From the NCBI GenBank assembly GCA_964035545.1, contig OZ037769.1, positions 4,507,929 through 4,571,928 on the forward strand: 64,000 nucleotides of DNA, given 5' to 3'. Below, one piece after another: positions 1-12,391 of the stretch. Below the pieces are notes generated by a model. It saw nothing but the letters and a program-made list of their open reading frames with translations. It did no database searches and was not told where the DNA came from. Both the position numbers and the translations under genes were made by a program. This DNA comes from Bugula neritina (Eukaryota > Animalia > Bryozoa). How positions within the stretch are numbered: position 1 is the first letter of the stretch; each line of letters opens with the position of its first letter.

Positions 1-122
1 AAGCTGATAAAACATAATCATAAAATATGCGCATACGAAAACATTGAATGCCATTTAAAACTAAATATTAAACTACAGATGTAGTCCAGTTGTTGCATTG
101 ACACAATATTTGTTAAACTAAC

Positions 123-1428
123 AGAGTTGTCTCCTTATTTAAGGGTGAATTGTTGGAACTCCACACCCAGCTGTTGGGTTTAGACACGTCTGTTAGTCCA
201 GTCCACCACTCTTGTTGTATCAGTTCATTTATCGTAATGTCATTCATTTGGTAAGAGAGCCAATCCTGCAATCAACCAATCAAAACCAAGTGTACGACTA
301 CAGATAAATGTTCGGAGAAAAATCTTGATTTTTATAACAGAAATACTAAACACTAAATATTCAACACTAAACCGTTAGGTAACTAACACACTACCAGTCC
401 GTTGCTGTGAAGCAATAATAAAAAACTGTATGCAAGCTATAAAAATACTGGAAATCTACCTTCAAACATTCAGTATTTGTTTTACTAAGCTATAAAATGG
501 TTTACTTCATAATTCACAAAATCAATAAAAATTCACATACATTACAGTTTGCTCCATAAAAATAAGGCAAAATTATCCAAAAAAACCTCACACAAAACCA
601 GTTGAAAATTAGAATAATGTTATTGCCAAAATGTGTAAATCTACAAAATAAAAACTTAATAACCAGTTTCATATTAGAGTTTACAAAGAGTGAATGATTC
701 TGAAATATTTTAATAACAACAACATACAGCATATAATAGCTTCTATAAACTCACCAATTCTTCCTGAGATTCTATGTAGAGGAGATCTGACTGCGTCTGC
801 TTACAGAAGGAGTTGGCATGATGCCAGCTTTTAGCGGGACTATTTCTGGCAGATATATAGTAGCAGTTGTCATTCCATGACCGCCATCCAGGTGGACAAA
901 CGTAACATTCGGCTGAAGTCAAAAATAAAATATAATAAAGATAGATAGGAATTATATATATAGGTTGTATTTGGCGTGTAAAAGAGGTAAATTTGTAATG
1001 TTTTGTGTATACTGTCAATTAGATTTCTTAAGATAAGCAATTGAAATGTTTCCATTACCAAAAAGTAAACAAGCAATGGTGGAGTTTTGAACCTTTAAAG
1101 TATCAACGTTCTTGGTGAAGTTTCATCCACTACTTCAACAGGCCAAATATGCATAGCTTAGTTTTAAAAGATTCTGCCAGAGAAATTAAAAAATAACTGA
1201 CACATGTTTTAACAGCTCTATGATAGTTGGCTACACAAGAAAAAAAAGTAAATATATCATCTTCATTCGGCTACAAAATATTTTAGGATCTTTAAAGCTG
1301 TAGGCTAAGTTTATTTAAATACAGCCTTACACAATGACTTCTTACAAAATAAATAAGCACATCTATAAAAACTTACCAGTTAGAAGTATAGCCAACAGTG
1401 GCAATAAATATTTACCACGCAGCCACAT
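123..1428 (-). CDS. Secreted C-type lectin domain protein, 5' part (gene continues off the left edge)
   Basis: Exons 1428-1377 (signal-peptide-like MWLRGKYLLPLLAILLT), 912-755 (ECYVCPPGWRSWNDNCYY...SWHHANSFC...DLLYIESQEEL) and 265-123 (DWL...WWTGLTDVSKPNSWVWS). All GT-AG and phase-compatible. CPxGW..CY, WxxA..C and WxGL..W.W are CTLD hallmarks. Confidence 0.88.
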
Positions 1429-2566
1429 GACTTGTAGCTGAGGATTTCAAACACAAATGTACATCTAGAACGCCTGATGGCATATAAGCATATATGAAGT
1501 AATAAACACATTTTATATGCGAGTAAAACAATGTAACCAGGTGATATCATGTCTACAGTTACTCTTATTCTCATGTGCCTTGCTATCTCAAACAATGGCT
1601 CTCTTAGTAGACAATCGACAATGTTACAAACCTACTGATAAGGTTAAACTATTACATACCATGTCATTTAAAAATAAACACTACATACAATTAAGGTTAC
1701 TGTAATATCTGTTAACTATATGAATAGATATAATTACTTGTGATAAAGAGCATTTAACTTATTGGGTAAGGGTGTCTTTTACTGCCTTATCAGCATATTT
1801 CGACACACAGAAAAATTACTGTTGGTCACTATTGTTATGAATGCAGATAGCTCTGTATAAACACACATAATGGTGTATACTATTTACTTGGTAAGGAAAG
1901 TCTATTATTTAAACATTTTCTCCCACTTGGCTATTTTTCATCATGAAAAAATTTGGTATTTACAAATTTCAGATAAATAGCAGCCTAAATTCATTCATAA
2001 TCTCTATTCCCTGAATGGATTAAGAAGCTGAATCTAATATTTGAATAAACGGAAGTATAGAAAATGTCTTCAAATGTATTACATAAGCATCATTTAACTG
2101 TACACAATGATGCAGCTTTATTCTCTTACAACATGATATGTTGACAAAAATTATCATTTTAATAACAGAACAAAAGAGATGAAAATTACCAAACATTGTT
2201 GCAATGTTCTCTAAAGATATGCTAAAATGACAAATAGAACAAATGGCTGAGATCAAATCAGAAGAAGTTAAACTATAAAATGAGCTTTGATCATATTTGG
2301 CCAATTATTAATAATTCAATATAATACTTCTAGTTATAATATTCAGCAAAACTCTTGGCATTCGTTGTATGTATATATAATACATATATGCAGTATATAT
2401 ATATATACTGTATATATCCAGTTCGATAGAAAGATCAGGTATGTTTATAACAGAAAGAAAAGAAAACTAAACCCAACCAAATCACACAGGAAAGTGGAAG
2501 TCAACAAAATGTATATAAATAAATCAATATATTTTAGTCTAAGATTCTAAACTCACTAATGGGGAG

Positions 2567-5500
2567 TTATAACTCCTCCCGCACAGTTTCAGGTTTATAA
2601 AGTTTTCTCTTAGCCATTCTAAATTCTTTGTGTTTCATTACGTGATCAGCTGCCAGTTTGACAATTCGTAGAAACTCGCCAACATCAAAATTGTAATTGG
2701 TGAATTTTTCATGAGCACCGAGTGTAGGGTGATGACCCTAAACAAGCATCAGAAAAATTTATTTGAATGACAAAATAAAAATTTAAAAGCCTGGCCTCAT
2801 GCTAGTGAGAATCACACGAAACTCGTGTGACGATTTTTGTGAGTTATACTCCAGTTATGACATGTCACACACTCGTCGAACGAAACACATAATAAATAGT
2901 CCGTGAATGAGTCTTGCACGAGATACAAACAGCAGAAAATTGCCAAACAGAGAAACGTGGTAAAAATGAAATAATAACTGTTGCTAAAATTCTATTGACC
3001 AATCAAATGGTGTTTATTGTTAATTGCGATTTTCCGCTAGTTGCGATTTTTTGTCTATCATCTTCGTTGGGTGCACCTAACGAAAATGATTTCGCTTGAA
3101 TTCCCTCAAATTTGATCGTATGTTTGTGTTTTCGTGTCAAATAGACGATTTCGTGTGATTTTCACGAGCGTGGGGCCAGGCCTTTAGTTGGTTGCCTTAA
3201 AAGTACTTTATTTACTAGTTGAATTTAGCCTAGTAAGCAACTGGATATCATAATAACGTAATGTCCTTATTAATATAGTTGGTGTGAAACTAAGGCAAAT
3301 GATAGTAGATAGAGCAAGTAACAATACCGTCAAGTAATGATAATTAATTCTATGGTAAAGATAACCAACATGACTAACTATGAGATAATAACACAGCATG
3401 TATTGTAGAAGTAGGAATCATAAACAGTGAATAATTGAACTTTGATTCTTATATACACTGTTGTAGGTTTGACTTCAGCACTATGAAAGTAAATTCCCTG
3501 AATATCTAGTAAATATCTAGAAAATACAGCTCAGGTATTAAAATGTGTTGTAGTCTGACATGCATGTTGTTGTATGTCTTCTCTAGTGACAGTGCAGCAT
3601 TGCCTAGCTTTATGAGTTACAAGAATTTAAACTTGTGGTTAAAACAAGCATGAAACCCTATGTGTTGCTTACCGCAAACAACTGGATGCATAAACAAGAG
3701 TAAATTATTTTACAAAAACTTAATTCAGAAATTAAACAAAAACATCCAACATTTCTAAGGTGAGTAAATTTGATAGAACAGAATATTCGAATTTCTAAAC
3801 ACTCTCAGATTCATAAAATGACGAATTGCGATATAATCCATGTTTAATTAAGTAAATATAATTGGTGAACATTTAGGCAATTAGGCCTACAAACTGCTAA
3901 ACTGCATTGCCATAGCATAGGTTCTATACATAGACTAAGGGTTTATAAGAAAGGGAGGACTACAATAAATATTAAACAAAGTATCATAGCGGATGAAACA
4001 CATAGCCACCCACCTCATCTTCTGGATACAGTTTTTTCATGTTAGTCCAAGTGAAATACTTGACACCCCTGAGTCTCGCAAGAGTAGAGTAGCAGTTGCG
4101 GTCTTCACAATGATATCTGCAGTGTAAAGTAGCCCATCACAATTATATATTCAGTGTAAATCAACAGCTCCTAATTTACACCCTTGAAAACAGCAAAAAA
4201 TTTACAAAAAAAGATTATGATAAAAATGAAAATTAATTTCAAAAGAACACGCTGAATGTACTATTATCAACATATAATTTGTGTATACGTATACTAAACT
4301 TGTGTACTCATTTATTACATATTACTTATTTATCACTTACTTACTTACTCATTTATTATAATTACTTAACTCACTTTTTACTTACTTACTTTCTCATTGT
4401 TACTTATTATTCAACTCATTTCTTACGACCATTTGTACCATCAGTGAGAGTAACTTACAAGCTCAAAAACTAAATCACTAAACAACAGAAGTGCAGTGAA
4501 AGAAGCAAGTAGATTTGCATTGATCTCAACACATTCCATTGCATTGTGCCTAAAACTAAAACAGTTTTGTTTCAAAACCCGTGCTTAGAATTTCTACATT
4601 ATTTTTAGCATAACACTTAAATATTGTATAGATTGCATAGACAACTAAATAATAAAAATATGTTGCATATTTTTTAAAAGAAATTTGAAGCCCAAAGAAG
4701 CTTGGCTCCCTACAGCATACATAAAACTAATTCTAAAGATGGGAACTGATGCTAGCCTTACAGCGAAGTAAAAACTTTAGAACTAAGGAATTGTTTGTTT
4801 TCTTAAAAAGTAAACAAAAGGTCACGCTTCAACTGAAAGCAGAAATAAACAGAACTTACAGCTCCATCACGGCAGCCCAATGAGGTAGGAACAGCATGTG
4901 GGTAAGTCCCGCTCCGTGCATGCCAATAAATATATCACTATTGTGTGTCGTCTGCAAATAGATTCCATTTATAGCATTTCTTAAAAACTTAACAATTTAT
5001 AGCAAACTTAGCAAAACACTTTAAAACCTTCTAAAAGGTGCAACTTTACATAATGCATTCAAATACAATTTTAATTGAATACAGTTTGTGTTTAAAAGTG
5101 AGTCATATTTATACTAACTTCTATTTGTTGGAGAAAATTTTGGTCTCTCTCCTCAGTGTGTCTAAAATAGAAGACAAATGTTATTATATTCTTGCAAAAT
5201 TAAAATTGCAATATACATTACCACAACTTTCAATTATTCTCCTAACATTCAAAAGGAGAAAGAGAGAGAGGGGAGAGAGAGGGGGGGAGAAAGGAAAAGA
5301 GACTGCGAACTAAAACTGCAATAATGCACATTATGTTATAAGTGTAGTACATAGCAAGAATCGGGTAAAAGGTGAAAGGGTATGTAGTGGAAAATATAGA
5401 AGCTAGAGTTAAAATTTGCTAATTCATTAATACATTGAAGTGCACTAACACGTAAAGCATTTTATGCAATACAAATGAGTAGTAAATTAGCACAACTCAA

Positions 5501-8500
5501 GCTAATAACAATACACTTACGAGGCAAACTTATAGACAGCAATCTTGGCTTCATATCTAGGGTTTCTGTTCAAAGCATCAACCAACTACAAGATTAATAA
5601 ACAATACATAGGCTGACAGTACATGCCATGCACATGTGAATATGTATAACATATGTATTCAGATAGCTAATGTCTGAATAACATCTCTTATAAGCTAAAA
5701 TACAGTGAAAAGTATGGAGGTAAAAAGAAACACCTTGCTAAATGAGTTGAGTATGGCATGGCAAGTTAAACTACAACAATAAATGCAGTTGTGTTTACAA
5801 ACAGCTGTGTAAAAGAAAATTAAGAGAATAAATGGCGTACTGTGCAGTAAAGTATTTTCAACAGAAATCTTGTGTTTTGCTGATGCTATGCATCACAGAC
5901 ATATTTTAACCGGGTTACATACAAAGCAAGTGTTTATCTCAACAATATGCCAAAACAAAAAAAACAAAAAATTGCAATGCAGGGTGCATGTAAACATTCA
6001 TAATTTTCTCTAAATAAATACTAAAATTTCGTTGACTTTTCATAAGTCATAAATTTTACAAACAATTTATTGTAATTTTATATTTTCTCAGAGCCTCAAC
6101 ACCTAAGCTGTGAAAACAGAGTAGCAAATAGTTGATGAATTGTTAAAGTTATCTCATCACTGAAGCATCTATCCTCTATGTGAAAATCAGGTAAACACTG
6201 CGTTTCAAGAAAGTCAATGCATCAAACTTTTGGTTTCATGTTAGACACAATTCCTAGTCAGTATAGAGACACCTACTTCCTGTTCGTTAAGAATGTTCCG
6301 GTATTGACTCTGCCGGCTAAGAATCGTAATCCTCACTTTGTCCCTCTACAAAAGTTCACATGCCTTGAGAAGTAGTTAGAGCAAGCAACATGTTCCATAG
6401 TGACACGACAACAATGCAATTCACTACACAGTGGAGTACAATGGATTGGGCATCACAAAATGTAATACAGTAACTCTGATGTGGTCAATGGAAGTATGAA
6501 TGCGTAACCACAGTATTCATACATTTAGAATAATCTGTAAGCGTTATTAAATTTAAGTTGTAAATTGAAATATTAAAAAAATATATCTTGACTATGTTAT
6601 AATAGGAGACATACTTTAGTAGTTGTGGTGTTGTTATTAGCGGTGACAATGGCAGCAGTAGTAGCAGTAGTAGCAGTAACAGTAGTAGCAGTAACAGTAG
6701 TAGCAGTAGTAGCAGTAACAGTAGTAGCAGTAGTAGCAGTAACAGTAGCAGCAGTAGTAGTAATAGCACAATTAGCACACATATACACAAATCTATCTAC
6801 AGTTAGAACCATTACAGCACACTGTATCAATATAAAACAACACTCACTAGAGGTCCTGCTTGTTGTATCGCCAGTCTATGCATGACGTGTTCATTAAATG
6901 CCCGAAAGAGTGACGAACCATAGCAACCATCAATCTAATAACAGTCATAGAAATACACACTTTAGCTGTCTGCCTGCACACGGCCATCTTGGAACATGTA
7001 AAATGAAGTAATCCATTGCAGTTGATTAGGAAAAGGACACCTATTGTAACTAATCAGGATTAATTTACGAATTATTCCTGATTAGCTGGTATTTGTCATA
7101 GATCACTTTGCCAATAAATCTATGAACAATTTAGTTTTCCTGCAAGCAGATATAACCAGAAAGTTGCAACCAAAGCTATCTTCAACAGGGTGAACGCTGC
7201 TTTACACCCCTAAAACTTACCTTTCCCTGCAGAGCATATCACAGGCTAGCAAAATTCTTACCAGTGGCATGTTGTAGAAAAGACCAAGCCTCTGTCTGGG
7301 TGGAAGTGCAAATACCACATCTTTAAAACACACCTACAGAAATAAAGCAATAAAGAAATATCTCAATACATTTCTTGTCCACAGATCACCTTCACACATA
7401 TGAACCATATTTCTAATGCTTGCTGACTAGATTCCACCAGGCACTGTCAGTCATGATTGCTAACATATATGCACAATTTATCAAACAAGAGTATTAGTTC
7501 AACTAGCAAGGGTTTCACCTACCTTTTTGCCAACATATGATCCAATAGCTGTAACTGGGTGTTTAGTAAACACTTTCCACATAGCTCCAAATGGATCAGA
7601 GAATCCACCACCATTCTACAACCAACGGAATTTCTCTGAGAACTTATCACGACATTTGAAGTACAATTAAAATTTTTCTTGAACCCCAGTAAAGGCCATT
7701 GGTGATGTTAGGAAGAGCATCCAGTCATAATTGCTCCTGTGCCACATATGAATAAGTCGTTAGCCCAATTTAACAAAATTTTTCTATCAAGTGTTCTCAC
7801 AGGGATAGTTACTATAAACTTGCGTGAGTTTATATGAATAAAAAATAACAAAGACATAACAATATAAATCATGAATAACTGGCAGCAGCTAACTGGCAGC
7901 AAAAACAGTAGCAACACTCACAGTTTGCCAGGCAATGATATGATTGTCCAATGAGAACGTAGTGCTGTTCAAATGCTGCGTGACGTACAGGTTGATAAAG
8001 TCACAGAAATGATGGAACATGTTTACAACTACAATACAAAACACCAGGTGACCCAAATGTTGACAAAAGCTAAATCAGGTAAAGGTTAAAAGATAAAAGG
8101 TGATGTGTGTTAGTAGATTATACAAAAGTTCAACATTGAAACGTGAACGGAAATTAGATATCGCTAAGAAAAACATATTTTCTGGTACAATTAGCTAGTT
8201 TTATAAATTCTTTGCCAGAATAGAACAGTCCAAAAATTGAATCTCTGTCATAACTCAAAGATTATATACATCTCTCTCACATCTCTGTCATAATTGTAAG
8301 TGATATACCTGCGTCATTCTGCAGTATATAAACAGGCTTTGAGAAGACCACATCACACTGGCTATCAGCTTCTCCAGGCAGCTCTGTGAAGTGCTCCATC
8401 ACCTGGTACCTATACAGAACATACTGTAGAATCAGCACTAGAGGCAGTGTGACAGCATAGATTCTATAGAGGAAATAACTCTTCAAAGGCATTCTTAACC

Positions 8501-11035
8501 ACTCAGCCATGACATATATGCAAAATCCAAAGCTATTAATAATTAAAATGATGACAAAAGATGAACGCACATGTAGCGGTATCTGACGCATTTAATTGTT
8601 TTATTTCAGGTCTAAAGGGTCACTATACCCTAAAACTACATTGGCTTTAGCTCGATTGACTAAAGACTAAGAAGAGAAGGTTGAGTGTTGGAAACATCCC
8701 CACCTGGCACAAATATAACTATGGTCTAAACTCTAAATAATATATAGTGAACATAACTACTACAATCATGCTACCATTACACTACATTACATATGTATAC
8801 ATAAAAAGAGTATATCATTTTAAATGAAAAGAATATAGTTTACATCAAAAAGCATATTTACATACAAGTATAATATTAATGAAATACAAAAGAGCATATT
8901 ATATGTGTATAAGAAGTATGTTTTACATACAAAAGACTATATTCCACATAAAAAGTATATTTCATATAAAAAGAGTATACACTTTATTCTACATATAAAT
9001 AGTATATATTTTAGAAACAAGGAACATAGCTCACCATGATTGGAGAAAATTTCTATGGTCTCTGTTCCATCCTTTTATGACCTTTTTGTTCACTTTACAT
9101 CTACCACCAATCTGACCAGCTTTAATGAACTCTGTATCATACCTGGTCAGAAATAAAGCAGAATTATCTGATACAAGGTAATACTTTAACACAATACTCA
9201 ATTTTCTTTTTGCAGCACTTTAAAATAACATGTAAACATAACACTTTAATTGTCAAACTTAGTTTAGAACATGACTTTATAAGTTTCTTTGCTACACACT
9301 TTTAAACTTGTACCATCTATAAATCCTACTTCTCAAACTAGACTATTGCAATTTCAGTTATCTCAGAATAAACTTGTACAAATCAGATTAAATTAAAATA
9401 AGAAATAAAATAAGAAAATAACACACTCACGGCTTGGATGGGGTTACTTTCTCCAGATCTAACACTACGTTAGTGCCATGGCAATATCTAGCTTCCGCTT
9501 CACACTCCATGTATGACCCATCCTACAAGTTAATTAATAATGTAAACCACAAAGAAAAATTGACTTATATAAGTAATATCTAATACTAAAATGCAACAAA
9601 ATACCCTGGACCAATGACGTGCCATTTGTAAATTTTAAATCAAAATCCAATTTTTGAAACAATTTTATAATAATGAGAGAGCTGTAACTCACATAACTAA
9701 ATGACTATAGAAACAAAATATAATGAAAGTGGATTGCTAATTTCAAGCAGACTCTTTCAAGCTTATAAACTCTCTGTTGACTGATTCATTTTAATTATGT
9801 TCATGATATTATTGCAAGCTTAATGTAAGCTAATATGAAGTTGTTTTTGAGTCAAAAGCTTACTCAGCTACTCTCCTTAAATTCCTAACCATTATTATGT
9901 AAAGCTTTAAATATGACTCCTACATGAATTGTCAAAAATACAAAGAAACTACTTTTACATAATAAATAGATTTTCAAAGCGCATCATAGAACAAAACAAA
10001 GCTAATACAATCATGTAAAATATATCACAACATAGCAGGAACAGTCCTTAGAGAGAGCAGAATTCTGCTGATTGGTAGAGCTGTTATTATACTAACACAT
10101 CATTCTTTTCAACTAGTTTCATACCTCCAAAGACGAAGAACATAAAACATCCATATTCTTGCGCTTCTCACTAACAATTCCAAAGTCACCCGTGTTCCAG
10201 AATGTTCTCTTTTGGTCATCAGATGATTTGGCCCTAAACACACACAACAAAAATTTCACTCTAATTGTAATTACAAACCTACTTCCAATTTTTTTACAAA
10301 GTGAATGTTAGTATAATAGGTAACCATAATATGATTAAAAGTTGCAATACTGTTGAGTTAAACTATAATAGGCAGCCTTTAAGAATAAACACTATGTAGT
10401 GTGTTGTAACTACCATTTAGAGAGATCAGGGCAATTAGCAGATTTATAGAGTTCATTGTCCTCACATGAATCTTCATATCCAAAACAGGAGCTAGATTCT
10501 AATGAGTCCTGCAAAACAGAATTTAAAATGAACCCACTGCTTCAACTAAAATGTAATAAATATGTTGCAACCAACTTTTACTGAATATATATCTCCTAGA
10601 AAATTAGTGCTAAACACAGATCTGCTCACATCTTTGCCATTTCACATTGCTAACCTTATTTAAGCTGATAATTCAAAACTATCGGCTTAAACAGCAAATT
10701 TTTTAAAGTATGTTCTAATTACTTCATATTTTTTAAGTGCCTAGTAAAAGTGGGCAAACAAATAACTTACTGAAATAGCCACTAACTCAATCATTGTGAA
10801 AAAATACAATAATCTAACAATAAACCCAGTCACCAACCTTGAAAGGGCATTTTGGATCAGCCGAGCATTCAGTTTTGAGATCAGCATGGCTTTGTAAGTA
10901 CAAGGGCACGTGTGACTTATGTAGATTTATTTCTGACCAATCTATTGCTGTGACTGATGTTGAAATAATAATTAAAAATAAGGGAACTGATAACAGCATT
11001 TCACCTAAAAAAGTAATACTCATTAATAGCAGCAT
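2567..11035 (-). CDS. EOGT: EGF domain-specific O-linked N-acetylglucosamine transferase (GT61), ~534 aa, 16 coding exons
   Basis: Exons: 11035-10838, 10508-10414, 10233-10125, 9522-9431, 9142-9035, 8409-8309, 8028-7922, 7615-7523, 7333-7262, 6934-6848, 6345-6277, 5585-5521, 5161-5119, 4951-4860, 4116-4014, 2737-2567 (1605 nt, open frame). Motifs [67 protein letters not shown]. Hydrophobic N-terminus and C-terminal ER-retention-like REEL. The true start could be the downstream Met at 10999. Confidence 0.95.
2786..3184. mobile_element. Non-autonomous TIR DNA element (MITE, PIF/Harbinger-like termini) in the last EOGT intron
   Basis: Left end aaagcctggcctcatgctagtgagaatcacacgaaa versus reverse complement of right end aaggcctggccccacgctcgtgaaaatcacacgaaa (~36-bp imperfect TIR). 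Flanked by TA/TWA; interior is CpG-rich with no coding capacity. Superfamily is inferred. Confidence 0.8.
4315..4425. repeat. Degenerate (TTAC)n microsatellite
   Basis: Repeated ttac/ttactta units in an EOGT intron. Confidence 0.6.
6652..6765. repeat. Compound trinucleotide microsatellite (GTA/GCA/ACA)n
   Basis: gcagtagtagcagtaacagtagta... run in EOGT intron 10. It produces the spurious poly-L, poly-V/A and poly-T ORFs in the track. Confidence 0.95.
7680..7809 (+). mobile_element. 5'-truncated copy of tRNA-derived SINE (MetaSINE-like core)
   Basis: ggtgatgttaggaagagcatccagtcataattgctcctgtgccacatatgaataagtc...gttctcacagggatagt matches the reverse complement of the copies at 21815-21997 and 24748-24921. 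Confidence 0.8.
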
Positions 11036-12391
11036 TGTTCAGTAACAAAAACATTTTTAATGAGTTATGAAAAATTCATTCTCAATCAGCCAATGTTCTT
11101 TAGAAACACAGCTTTAACTTGAACAAATGAATAACAAAATTTTTCAAAATAAAATTTAACTTTTGTATTCTAGTCTGTGTAGCAATTTACATTTATTTTC
11201 AAGCTCAAGGCATAGATGATAGATGTTAACATATTTTGCATTTAATATCCATAAGATTGCAAAAAAGAATAGAGCTAGTTAAATTTATCTACTATTAAAT
11301 TTAATTTATAACTGTTATTAAATAATTAGTGTTTGTTACATCTAAAAAATAGTATTATTAATACTATACTATTACTAATTACTATAGTAAATGTAATACT
11401 AATTCAGTAATACTAATAGTAATTGTCATTCACTCATAGTCATTGTATTTGTAATATGCTTTGCGCCAAATAACTATAATATAAATATATAAGTAGACTC
11501 AATAATTATCATAATGATATAAACAATCAAAAACCAGCTATCCAAACAGGACGGAGCAGAGATAGGTGAAGATAATCATAATCATAATGATAATGATAAT
11601 CATAAACTTTAAAATGAAAAACTATTTACTTTAAGTTTATATAAAATAAAAACTAAATGTAACAAATTGACATTAAACGATTAAACGTTATAAAAAAAAT
11701 GAACGCAATTATTATAGTCCCTAAAACGAATCAGTTTGCGTTTTAAGCAAAGTTGATTGCATGCAGATTACGACTATCATTATGATTATAATCCTAGTGA
11801 TAGTCGAGTTAAAATTGAATCGGATTTATCGCAGAAAAGATTACGATTGACTCGTTACATTTATGTGTTGATTTTAACTGCTTTCTATTCGTTTTTTGTG
11901 TTGTGAATAGCTAATCATCTACCCTATATAAAAATAAAATAAACAACTAAAGTGGTGGGGTTAAAATTTTCAGGCTCTGTTGATCAAAATATCAATATAT
12001 TAAACATGTGTGCAACTCGTTTCCGTAAATACACTTTAATAAACACGACGCTTAGTCTATATAACACCCACTTCTGGTTTAAAAAGTCCATTTTCATTAT
12101 GATCATAGTGATCATGGTGACAAATTAGTGCTGTGATAGTAATTTATAACATATTAAATGCGTTTATGGTTGTAAAACTGCAATTTTAGGAAGTATTATT
12201 GGTGCTGAGAAAGAAAAAAATTATTTTAATAATATCAAAAGAATACCTATTTACCTATATTTATAGATTTAATTTAAATTTTATTCTCATTCTGTAAAGT
12301 TTAACATACTAAAAGTGAAAGAGTGATACTCACAGTCACTTACTGATAGTGCTACTTATATTGATACTTGAAGTATCAGTAAGTACTAAGT
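11036..12391. promoter_or_regulatory. Putative shared (bidirectional) promoter region between divergent EOGT and CCDC93
   Basis: Start codons face outward ~1.36 kb apart (11035 minus, 12392 plus). CpGs are locally retained at ~11700-12060. Transcription start sites cannot be determined from sequence. Confidence 0.5.

Noticed and set aside
6485-6885. Poly-Leu, poly-Val/Ala and poly-Thr ORFs
   Set aside because: They are translations of an intronic trinucleotide microsatellite in EOGT.
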